Shown in pieces: positions 53,446-62,175 of a DNA stretch of 64,000 nucleotides. The notes beneath the pieces are model-generated. The model worked only from the letters and a program-made list of their open reading frames with translations, was not told the DNA's origin and made no database searches. The stretch spans positions 28 to 64,027 of the forward strand of contig CALOCG010000039.1 in NCBI GenBank assembly GCA_942491805.1. The letters run 5' to 3'. The stretch is from Nitrospinota bacterium. Lineage in GTDB: Bacteria > Nitrospinota_A > UBA7883 > JADGGD01. Each line of letters starts with the position of its first letter. Position 1 is the first letter of the stretch. Both the position numbers and the translations under genes were made by a program.

Positions 53446-56076
53446 TCATGTCGGAGAGGGATCGACGCCCCACCGGAGCGCCTCTTCTTTCGTCGTCACT
53501 TTTCCGTCGAGCTGCGCCCGGAACAGTTGCGACAACGTCTCCCCCAACGCCGGTCCCGCCGGGATCCCTGTGGCCATCAGGTCGGCGCCAGTGACCAGCG
53601 GGGTGACGCGGCGCAAGTTGGTCAGGTAACGGGTCACCCCGTCGGCCACCCGCTCGTCCCCCGCCCGGACGGCGAGGAAGAGCAGCTCTTCGACCGACAG
53701 GGGGGAAAGGATTTCGTATAACGTTCCGGGGGTGAGATCATTGATGACGACGATGTCGCGTGCGGCGCCTCTCCCCCGTCGGCGTCCCTCTTCGACGGCG
53801 GCCAACTCCCGCCCGACGCCGCCGTAGGCTTCGGCCATCCGTTTGACGTCGTCGTCGCCGACGGGGTCGAGCAGGGCCATCAGCCGAACCCGCCACGGCG
53901 ACACCGGCTCGTCGGGGAAGGTCAAGCGCCACCAAGCCAGCCGTTCGTCGAGCCGCTCCATCAGATCCCGTTCGGGACGCCCGAAGGTGATGGCCGGGTG
54001 GATGAAGCCGAGGAGTTCCAGCTCGGCCAGCCGGGCCAGCGCCGCCACCGGTCGTTTTTCGGTCAAGATCGCTTTTAATTCGGCGAAAAGCCGGGCCGGC
54101 GACAGGCGATGGAAGAGCTGTTTCCTGACCGCCCCTTTGAGCAACGACAAGGTTTGGCGTCCGATGGCGAAGTCGTAGCGGCTCTCGAACCGGACGGCCC
54201 TGAAAGCGCGGGTCGGATCTTCGACGAAAGAGAGATTGTGAAGTATCCGCACCACCCGGTCTTTCAGGTCGGCCTGTCCGCCGAAGTAGTCGATCAACGT
54301 TTCGGGGCGACTTCCGTTCAATCGAATGGCCATGGCGTTGACCGAGAAGTCGCGCCGATAAAGATCGTTCCTGATCGCGCTCATCTTCACCGTCGGCAAC
54401 GCCGCCGGATAGGCGTAATATTCGATCCGGGCGGTGGCGACGTCGACCTTGAAACCGTCGGGGCGGGTGACGACGCCGGTCTTGAACTTGTCGTGGATTC
54501 GGGCCCGACCGCCCCATCGTTCGGCCAGTCGTTTCGCAAAGGGGACTCCGTCTCCTTCCACCACGATGTCGATGTCGCTGTTGGGGATGCGCAACAGCAG
54601 ATCGCGGACGAACCCTCCCACCGCATAGGCCATGCACCCGCACTCGTCGGCGACGGCGGCCACCTCCCGCAGCAGGTCGGCGAGCGGTTGCGGAAGCCGT
54701 TCGCGCATGATCCCGGCCACGTCGCGCACGATCGGGTTGCGTCGCGCCCGTCCCTGAAACGACTCGTTCGGCCCGTCGCGCAACGAGTCGGCGTAGAGGG
54801 AGGTCATGACCATCCCTCGGGTCACCAACCCGGTCATGACGCCGTCGCCGTCGACCACCGGAATCAGTTTTTGTTTTTCCTCCAACGCAAGCCGTTCGAG
54901 CCGACGCATGGAGGTGTCGGCCGGGACGGTGGCGAACTCGGTGATCATATATTCCTCGGCGTGGCTTTCGCCGAGTTTATGATGCAACGCTTTCTCGACA
55001 ATCTGGCGGGTCACCAATCCGACCGGGCGCCCGGCGGCGTCGATGACCGGCATACCGCCGATGTCGTAGCGGGTGAGGCTTTTCTCGATCGCCTCGAGCG
55101 ACTCGCCGGGGGGGCAACTGACCACCTGCCCGGTCATCATCTCGCCTGCCGTCGGCGCGGGCTCGACCGCTTCGTCGACCGCTTTCCAGAGGAGATCGAG
55201 GGCTTGGGGCAGGGTGGTCTCTTTGAGGGTGGCCGACGCGGCGGTGGCGTGCCCCCTCCACCCATGCGGGAGGCGACGGCTCCCGCGTCGACGGCGTCGG
55301 ACCGGCTCCGCCCGACCAGTTGTATCCGGTCGTCCATCCGTACGAGCATGAAGAGAACCGGCAGGTTTTCCATCTCCATAATCTTGGAGGCGAGCGCCGC
55401 CACGTCGCCGAGATACCGGGGAACCGTCGCCGTCGCCACCGCCACGGTCACGCCGTGGGCCCATTCGTAGCGGAGGTTATGAAGCAACTGGTTTAAGGTC
55501 TCGACCTGGGCCGGATTCATCTCCCGTTTCAGATATTCGGCGACGACCCCGAGATCGGCGCTCCGCTCCAGCAACCATCGGGCGGCGGTGTAGTCGTGGG
55601 GGGTGACGGAGCCGTAGGTAAGAGCGCCGGTGTCCTCGTAGATGCCGAGCATAGGGAGGGTCGCCCTCTTCGGCGGTGACCGCTATCCCCCGTTCGCGCA
55701 ACAGCTCGACCATGATGGTGGAGCTGGCGCCACGGGTGCGTATGACGGCGTCGGCGTGGGCCAGATCGGCGGCGTCGATCGGGTGATGATCGTAGACGGT
55801 AAAGGGAATCGACCGGTCGGCGGCCAAGGCGCCGAAGGGGCCGATGCGGGAGGCGGAACCGGCGTCGACGACGATGACGCCGGTGACGTCGGACAGGTCG
55901 AGCCCCTTTAGCCGTCGGACCGGCAGGGGGAAGCTGGTGGCGGCCAGAAAATCACGGACGTTTTTCTCCTGCGACCCGGAAAAGACGCAGATCGCATCGG
56001 GGTGGAGCTTGGTCGCCGCCATCATCGCGGCGAGGCAGTCGAAGTCGGCGTGGAGATGGGTGGTGATTACGAGCAT
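53446..56076 (-). CDS. DHH/DHHA1 - CBS pair - poly(A) polymerase/CCA-adding nucleotidyltransferase fusion protein (two compensating frame breaks)
   Basis: Three track ORFs in three frames: 55477..56187 ('LVITTHLHADFDCLAAM', DHH), 55137..55652 ('MLGIYEDTGALTYGS...', DHHA1) and 53446..55464 (CBS pair, then 'AVGGFVRDLLLRIPNSDIDIVVEG' NTase and a tRNA-NTase C-terminal region). The breaks are near CCC 55664-55666 and the C5 run 55252-55256. The total span is 2631 nt (3n). Confidence 0.85.
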
Positions 56077-56185
56077 GCTTCGATTATGCGCCGATGCCTT
56101 GATCCAGGCAACGGGTTGGCGTGGTTGGTTGTGTGCTACCATCGGGGGTGTGAAATCATTCCGATTTTCTGCCGTGGACGACACC

Positions 56186-58081
56186 ATGAACGCGCTTCCC
56201 TCTTCGGGGCCTTCTCGCCCTCCGTCATCGGAGTGGCCGACGAGTCTTCGTTTCTACACGTGGGGGGGCGCCCTTCTCTGGACTGTCGTCGTCTTCGGCT
56301 TGGTCGTCTTCGACATTCGCCAAGCCCGTAACGAAACCCTCGAACTGACCGCCCACGAAGCGGAAGCCAATTTCGATTGGGACCACGCCACCCGCGTATG
56401 GGCTTCTTCCCATGGGGGGGTCTGGGTTCCCATCGACGAACGAACGCCGCCGAACCCTTACCTCACGAATATGCTCAAGGAGCTGGGAAAGGAGAAGGAG
56501 CAGAATATGGTGTCGCCGGGGGGGGTAAAGCTGACCCTGATGAACCCGGCTTATCTCTTCCGCCAGATGGTGGAGGATTACGAGAAGCAATACGGCATTA
56601 AAGGGCACCTGACGAGCCTTAAGCCGATTCGTCCGGGGAACCGCCCTGACGAATGGGAACGGCAGGCATTGCTCCGCTTCGAGGCGGGGGAGACGTCGGT
56701 CATGGAGATCAGCTATATCGACGGGGTCGAATACCTCCGGCTGATGCGCCCCGAATACGTGACGAAGAGCTGCCTTAACTGCCACCAGACACAAGGGTAC
56801 AAGCTGGGGGATATCCGAGGGGGAATCTCGGTGTCGGTGCCGATGACGGAGCATAGGGCGCGCGAACAAGAAGTGATCGCCATAGCTCTCGGCACCCATT
56901 CGCTCCTTTGGCTGGCCGGTGTCTTGGGGATCTTCGGCGCGGCGAGGCGTCTCGGAAACGAAGGAACGCAACGACGGGAGGCGGAAGAACGGCTGTTGCG
57001 ACTGGCGGCGGGGGTGGAGGGGAGCGCCGACGCGATCTATATCACCGACGAGGATGGGGCGATCCGATACGTCAACCCGGCTTTTGCGAAACTGACCGGT
57101 TATCAGTTCGAAGAGATCGAGGGGATGAGCCCCGGTCTGTTCCGCAGCGAAAAGCACGACCCGGAGGGGCATCTTCATATCTGGGAGACGGCCCGTAGCG
57201 GACGGACTTGGCGGGGAACGACGGTGAACCGAAAGAAGGGGGGGGAGATTTACTACGCGGATGAGTCTTTGGCGCCGGTGCTCGACGACGATGCGATCAG
57301 CGGCTTCGTCGGCATCCAACGTGACGCTTCGCGGGAACTGGCGCTCGATCGGGCGCGGGAATATTTCACCTCGGTGACGAGCCACGAGATTCGCACTCCC
57401 CTCACGAAGCTGGGGATGGCGTTGTCGGTGTTGGAGTCGGGACAGGCGCTCGACGATCAGTCGGAACGGGGGGGACATATCAGAAACGCTCTGCGGGAGT
57501 CGTATAACGATCTGGCCCGGATCGCGTCGGCGACGCAGATCATCGCGCGGCTCAACATGATGCGGGCCAATCCGCAGGGACAAGCGACTCCCCTCTTGAT
57601 GACGTTGACCCGTACGGTGGTCGAAGCGAGGGGGGGGGCCTCTGCTGCGAACCGGAAGGTGACGATCGACGCCGATTTGAACACCCTGATGCCCGATACG
57701 GCGGTGTTAAGCGAAAGGGATCTTCTCAGCCGCGCTTTTACGGAAATTCTTTCGAATGCGGTGAAGTATACGCCGGACGGAGGAACGGTGATGGTGACGG
57801 CGGTCTATGACGATCCGCATACGGTCCGCATCTCGTTTAGAGACCAGGGGGGGGGCATCCCGGAGGAGTTGGTCGATCAGGCGATGGAGCCGTATACGTC
57901 GCTGGAAGACCCGGTACGCCATACGTCGGGACAATATAAATACCGGGGGGGCGGTCTCGGTCTCGGCCTCACGGTGGCGCGGTTGGTGGCGGAGTACCAT
58001 CGGGGGTCGTTCCATATCACGTCGCTCCCTTCGGGCGAAGGAACCGATGCGGAGTTCGTCCTCCCCGTAAGACCACTTTAG
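56186..58081 (+). CDS. sensor histidine kinase with periplasmic DUF3365-type heme (CXXCH) domain, PAS, HisKA, HATPase_c
   Basis: Start trimmed to the ATG at 56186. Two TM helices flank a domain containing 'KSCLNCHQTQGYKLGDIRGGISVSVPM'. PAS 'IYITDEDGAIRYVNPAFAKLTGY', H-box 'TSHEIRTPLT', 'GGGLGLGLTV'. Confidence 0.85.
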   Translation: MNALPSSGPSRPPSSEWPTSLRFYTWGGALLWTVVVFGLVVFDIRQARNETLELTAHEAEANFDWDHATRVWASSHGGVWVPIDERTPPNPYLTNMLKELGKEKEQNMVSPGGVKLTLMNPAYLFRQMVEDYEKQYGIKGHLTSLKPIRPGNRPDEWERQALLRFEAGETSVMEISYIDGVEYLRLMRPEYVTKSCLNCHQTQGYKLGDIRGGISVSVPMTEHRAREQEVIAIALGTHSLLWLAGVLGIFGAARRLGNEGTQRREAEERLLRLAAGVEGSADAIYITDEDGAIRYVNPAFAKLTGYQFEEIEGMSPGLFRSEKHDPEGHLHIWETARSGRTWRGTTVNRKKGGEIYYADESLAPVLDDDAISGFVGIQRDASRELALDRAREYFTSVTSHEIRTPLTKLGMALSVLESGQALDDQSERGGHIRNALRESYNDLARIASATQIIARLNMMRANPQGQATPLLMTLTRTVVEARGGASAANRKVTIDADLNTLMPDTAVLSERDLLSRAFTEILSNAVKYTPDGGTVMVTAVYDDPHTVRISFRDQGGGIPEELVDQAMEPYTSLEDPVRHTSGQYKYRGGGLGLGLTVARLVAEYHRGSFHITSLPSGEGTDAEFVLPVRPL

Positions 58082-58452
58082 CCCCCTACGCGGGCGCGCG
58101 CGATGGGCGCCACCTCACCGACAAAGAATCGGCGTCTTCGCCGCCTTGGCCCTGCCGGCTCAAGTAGCTTGCCGGACGTCAAAGCCCCCTACGCGGGGGC
58201 GCGCGATGGGCGCCACCTCACCGACAAAGAATCGGCGTCTTCGCCGCCTTGGCTCTGCCGGCTCAAGTTGCTTGCCGGGCGTCAACTTCCCCTACACGGG
58301 GGAGCGCGATGGGCGCCACCTCACCGACAAAGAATCGGCGTCTTCGCCGCCTTGGCCCTGCCGGCTCAAGTTGCTTGCCGGACGTCAAAGCCCTCTACGC
58401 GGGGCGCGCGATGGGCGCCACCTCACGACAAAGAATCGGCGTCTTCGCCGCG
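58081..58452. repeat. 3.6 tandem copies of a 103-bp non-coding unit
   Basis: Unit starts at 58081, 58184, 58287 and 58390. The core GATGGGCGCCACCTCACCGACAAAGAATCGGCGTCTTCGCCGCCTTGG is identical in copies 1-3. The period is not divisible by 3. There are no unique spacers. Confidence 0.9.
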
Positions 58453-58472
58453 GAGTGGGGCTCCTTCCTCCC

Positions 58473-60395
58473 TCAACCACCTTTACGCTTCAACACCCGG
58501 TCGATGTGCGGTTCGAGTTCGTCGAGCGAGCGGACGACGTCACATTCGGGAAGCGAGCGCATGAAGGTCTTGCCGTAGCTTTTGCTGACGATCCGGCTGT
58601 CGAGGACGGCCAGCAGACCCCGGTCTTCCTTACCACGGATAAGGCGCCCGAGCCCCTGCTTTAGGGTCAGCGCGGCCATGGGGGTTTGGTATTCCCGAAA
58701 GGCGTTCCCCCCCTTTTTATTAATCGCTTCGATGCGGGCTTCGATGACCGGGTCGCCGGGGGAAGCGAAGGGGAGCCGGTCGATGATCACCGCCGAGAGC
58801 GCCTCTCCTTTCACGTCGACCCCTTGCCAGAAGGCGGCGGTGGCGAAGAGGACCGAGTGATGGTCGGCGCGAAACTCGGCCAGCAACTCCGACCGTGGCG
58901 CTTCGCCCTGTCGCAAAAGCTGGTAGGGCGACTCGCCGACCAGAAAGTCGTAGGTCAGGTTCATCATCCGGTAGCTGGTGAAGAGAACGAAGGCTCTCCC
59001 TTCGGTTATGGTCAGCAACGATCCGATCCGAGCGGCCGCTTTGGCGGGGAAGGAGTCGGCGTTCGGTTCGGGGAGGTCTTGGGCCAAGTAAAGAACCGCC
59101 TGTTCACGATAGTCGAAAGGAGACGGGATCGCCGCTTCGTCGGCGTGGTCGAGGCCGAGACGGCTCTTGGTGAAGGTGAAATCGTCATCCACCGAAAGCG
59201 TGGCCGAGGTGAAGACAAAAGCTTCGGCGCGGGGGTAGAGGCTCTCGGTCAGTTTCGCGGCGATGTCGACCGGGGTGGCGGTGAGGAAGACCCCCCGCCC
59301 TCTTGCTTCGGCCCAATAGACATGATCGTCTTGGTCGAACCCGATGATGAGGCGCAAAAGATCGGCCATGTCGCGGTAACGCCCAACCAGTCCTTTGATG
59401 GTTTCGGGGGGCTCTTTTACGCTCGACAGAAAATCGGCGACGGTCGCCAAGCTTTGCAACAGTTCGTCGGCGCCTTCCCGGATGATCCCTTGCGACGGTT
59501 TTCGCAATCGTCGGCGCCCGTCGCCCGCTTCCCCTTTCACTAATTCGAAGAACCGCCCCGCCCGGCGGGTCAGCCCGTCTAAGACCCGGGAAGCGTCGGG
59601 ATCGACGATTTTGGCGGCGGCCAGTTCCCGCACCGTGTCGCGGGCCGCCTCTTCGATCCGCCAGGTCGAGATGGTCGAGCCGAAATAGTCGCCTGCCACC
59701 TGTTCGACCTGATGGGCTTCGTCGAAGATGACGGCGTCGTAGCGGGGGATCACTTCGCCGAAGGGGGATTGGCGAATGGCCAGATCGGCGAAGAAGAGGT
59801 GATGGTTGACGACGACGATGTCGGCGGTGGCCGCTTCGGCGCGCATGAGGGTGACGAAACATCGGTCGAACGAGGGGCAAGCTTGCCCCAAACATAACTC
59901 GGAACGGGAGTTGATCTCCTGCCACGCTTTATAGTCGTCGGGGAGGCCGGCGACCTCGGCCCGGTCGCCGACGTCGGTTCGTTCGGCCCATTCCCGAATG
60001 GTGGCGAACATCCGGGCTTCGGCGGTGTCGGCGAAGAGGGGCTCTTGGCCGAAGGCCTTGTAGCGACGACGGCAGAGGTAGTTCCCCCGCCCTTTCATGA
60101 CGGCGGAGCGAATCTGACCGCCGAAGAGCTCCTCCACCAGCGGAATGTCTTTGCCGATGAGTTGCTCTTGCAGGTTCTTGGCGCCGGTGGAGACGACGAC
60201 TTTCTTGCCGGAGAGGGCGGCGGGGATCAAGTAGGCCAACGTCTTGCCGGTGCCGGTCCCGGCTTCGACGAGAAGCGCCCCGCCACGGGCCAACGTCCGC
60301 CCCACCGCTTCGGCCATACGAGCCTGCCCGTCGCGGCTCTCGTAGTCGGGAAGGATTTTCGAAAGCCCTCCGCCGGGGCCAAAATATTTATCCAT
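58473..60395 (-). CDS. dinG: ATP-dependent DNA helicase, DinG/Rad3 family
   Basis: 'EAGTGTGKTLAYL' Walker A, 'FDEAHQ' DEAH box, and the C-terminal helicase_C_2 motifs 'VLFTSY' and 'FWQGVD'. Confidence 0.85.
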   Translation of the reverse strand: MDKYFGPGGGLSKILPDYESRDGQARMAEAVGRTLARGGALLVEAGTGTGKTLAYLIPAALSGKKVVVSTGAKNLQEQLIGKDIPLVEELFGGQIRSAVMKGRGNYLCRRRYKAFGQEPLFADTAEARMFATIREWAERTDVGDRAEVAGLPDDYKAWQEINSRSELCLGQACPSFDRCFVTLMRAEAATADIVVVNHHLFFADLAIRQSPFGEVIPRYDAVIFDEAHQVEQVAGDYFGSTISTWRIEEAARDTVRELAAAKIVDPDASRVLDGLTRRAGRFFELVKGEAGDGRRRLRKPSQGIIREGADELLQSLATVADFLSSVKEPPETIKGLVGRYRDMADLLRLIIGFDQDDHVYWAEARGRGVFLTATPVDIAAKLTESLYPRAEAFVFTSATLSVDDDFTFTKSRLGLDHADEAAIPSPFDYREQAVLYLAQDLPEPNADSFPAKAAARIGSLLTITEGRAFVLFTSYRMMNLTYDFLVGESPYQLLRQGEAPRSELLAEFRADHHSVLFATAAFWQGVDVKGEALSAVIIDRLPFASPGDPVIEARIEAINKKGGNAFREYQTPMAALTLKQGLGRLIRGKEDRGLLAVLDSRIVSKSYGKTFMRSLPECDVVRSLDELEPHIDRVLKRKGG

Positions 60396-60411
60396 TGTCG
60401 AACATCATAGC

Positions 60412-60450
60412 CCAAAAAAAACCCCGGAACGTTGGTCCCGTTCCGGGGTT
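60412..60450 (-). terminator. Rho-independent terminator after the DAHP synthase gene
   Basis: On the minus strand, AACCCCGGAAC-N9-GTTCCGGGGTT (11-bp stem) is followed by a T run of 8-9. Confidence 0.8.
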
Positions 60451-60494
60451 ATGAAAGAATAAGAGCGGCGCCGCGGATAACTTTTCGCCGATGG

Positions 60495-61511
60495 TTAAAT
60501 CGTGCGCCCGACGGCCGCAGCTATGGGCCGCAACTCGTCCATCAACGTCTGGAACTTCTCCGGTTTCAGCGACTGGGGTCCGTCGGAGTAGGCCTCTTCC
60601 GGTTTCCAGTGGACCTCGATCATCAGCCCGTCGGCTCCGGCGGCGACGGCGGCTTTGGCCATGCTGGGGACCAGATGCCAATAGCCGGTGCCGTGGGAGG
60701 GGTCGATGATGATCGGCAGGTGGGTCAGCTCTTTGACCACCGGGATGCACGACAGGTCGAGGGTGTTCCGGGTCGCCTTCTCGAAGGTGCGGATACCCCG
60801 CTCGCAAAGGATGACCTCCTGGTTCCCTTCGGAGAGGACATACTCGGCGCTCATGAGCCACTCTTCGATGGTGGTGGCGAGACCCCGTTTCAACAGAATC
60901 GGTTTGTCGAGCTGGCCGATTTCTTTAAGCAACGAGAAGTTCTGAACGTTCCTCGCGCCGATCTGAATGATATCGGAGTATTTGTAGACAAGATCTATCT
61001 CGCGGGGGTTCATCACCTCGGTGACGATCGGCATGCCGGTGGCCTCGGAGACCTCCTGCAACAGGAGCAATCCTTCCTCGGCCATCCCCTGGAAGCTGTA
61101 GGGTGACGTGCGAGGTTTGAACGCCCCGCCGCGAAGGATGTTGGCGCCGGCCGCTTTGCAGGCGAGTCCGGTGGCGGTCAGTTGCTCTTTGCTTTCGACG
61201 GAGCAGGGTCCGGCCATCACCTGCAACGCTTTGCCGCCGATGGGGAATCCTTTGACGTCGATGACGGTGTCTTCTTTTTTCGCTTCGCGGGAGCAGAGCT
61301 TATACGGCTTCAGAATCGGCATGACGCTTTCGACATGATGCAACGATTCGAGCGCTTGTAGCCGCGCTTTATCGCGGGCATCGCCCAAAGCGGCGATGAC
61401 GGCGCGGACGGTTCCCTGCAAAAGTTTGGCGGTGTAGCCGTAATCGGCCACCCGGCGGCAGACGTCGTCGATATCCTGCTGAGTGGCGCCTTCCTGCATG
61501 ACGATGATCAT
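60495..61511 (-). CDS. aroF: 3-deoxy-7-phosphoheptulonate (DAHP) synthase, type I-beta with N-terminal ferredoxin-like regulatory domain
   Basis: 'MIIVMQEGATQQDIDDV...' then 'GPCSVES', 'LRGGAFKPRTSPYSFQG', 'IIQIGARNVQNF', 'ILCERGIRTFE', 'DPSH'. Close to the Thermotoga-type DAHPS as I recall it. Confidence 0.9.
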   Translation of the reverse strand: MIIVMQEGATQQDIDDVCRRVADYGYTAKLLQGTVRAVIAALGDARDKARLQALESLHHVESVMPILKPYKLCSREAKKEDTVIDVKGFPIGGKALQVMAGPCSVESKEQLTATGLACKAAGANILRGGAFKPRTSPYSFQGMAEEGLLLLQEVSEATGMPIVTEVMNPREIDLVYKYSDIIQIGARNVQNFSLLKEIGQLDKPILLKRGLATTIEEWLMSAEYVLSEGNQEVILCERGIRTFEKATRNTLDLSCIPVVKELTHLPIIIDPSHGTGYWHLVPSMAKAAVAAGADGLMIEVHWKPEEAYSDGPQSLKPEKFQTLMDELRPIAAAVGRTI

Positions 61512-61686
61512 CGCATGACTCCTTCAATCATAGTCCGGCCCAAATGGGACCGTATCGGGTTCATCTTCAAGAACTATGAAGAGTAGGCCATTTTTGAGGC
61601 CGACACAACGGGAAACCGACAGGTGGTGTATTATGGCGGGGTACGCGAAAGTAGAATACCAAGAGACCTACGCCGAGGAGAGCCCC

Positions 61687-62073
61687 ATGGATTTCAGCAC
61701 CCTGCTTGCCGTCCGCGACCTTATGAGTAAAGAGATCGTCACCGCAAGCGAGTCGGTTTCGGTGGTCGCTTTGGCCACCATGATGGCCGAACAAAACATC
61801 TCCAGCGTGGTCGTCATCACCGACGGTGCGGGCGAAATCATCGGCATCGTCACCGAAGCCGATATCGTAAGAAAAGGGGTCGCCACCGGCCTTAATCTCG
61901 CCGCCACCACCGCGAAAACGATCATGAACGGCGACATGCCGAAGATCGACGGCGGCCTCTCGATCTTCGAAGCACGCGACGCCATGAAGAAAGCCGCCGT
62001 GAAGCATATGATCGTAGAAGAAGGGGGTAAGACCGTCGGTATCATCTCATCGACGGCGTTGCTCGGGTCGTAG
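61687..62073 (+). CDS. CBS domain pair protein
   Basis: Two CBS motifs ('VRDLMSKEIVTASESVSV...ISSVVVITDGAGEIIGIVTEADIV' and 'IMNGDMPKIDGGLSIFEARDAMKKAAVKHMIVEEGGKTVGIIS'). Start uncertain (61633 or 61687). Confidence 0.75.
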   Translation: MDFSTLLAVRDLMSKEIVTASESVSVVALATMMAEQNISSVVVITDGAGEIIGIVTEADIVRKGVATGLNLAATTAKTIMNGDMPKIDGGLSIFEARDAMKKAAVKHMIVEEGGKTVGIISSTALLGS

Positions 62074-62115
62074 GGGCACGGCCTCTGCGGGGGGTTCTCC
62101 CTCTGCTAAAAATGT

Positions 62116-62152
62116 CCGTCTTCGGTCTCTGCGCGTAGAGACCACGGTTTTT
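62116..62152 (+). terminator. terminator-like hairpin after the CBS gene
   Basis: CCGT-cttc-GGTCTC-tgcgcgta-GAGACC-ACGG followed by TTTTT (62148-62152). Confidence 0.6.
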
Positions 62153-62175
62153 GACGTCTCATCGAGCGGATTTGG

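Noticed and set aside
58081-58452. Possible CRISPR array, because of regularly spaced repeats in an intergenic region
   Set aside because: The whole 103-bp unit is repeated head-to-tail with no unique spacers. The unit is far longer than CRISPR repeats. No cas genes or leader are nearby.
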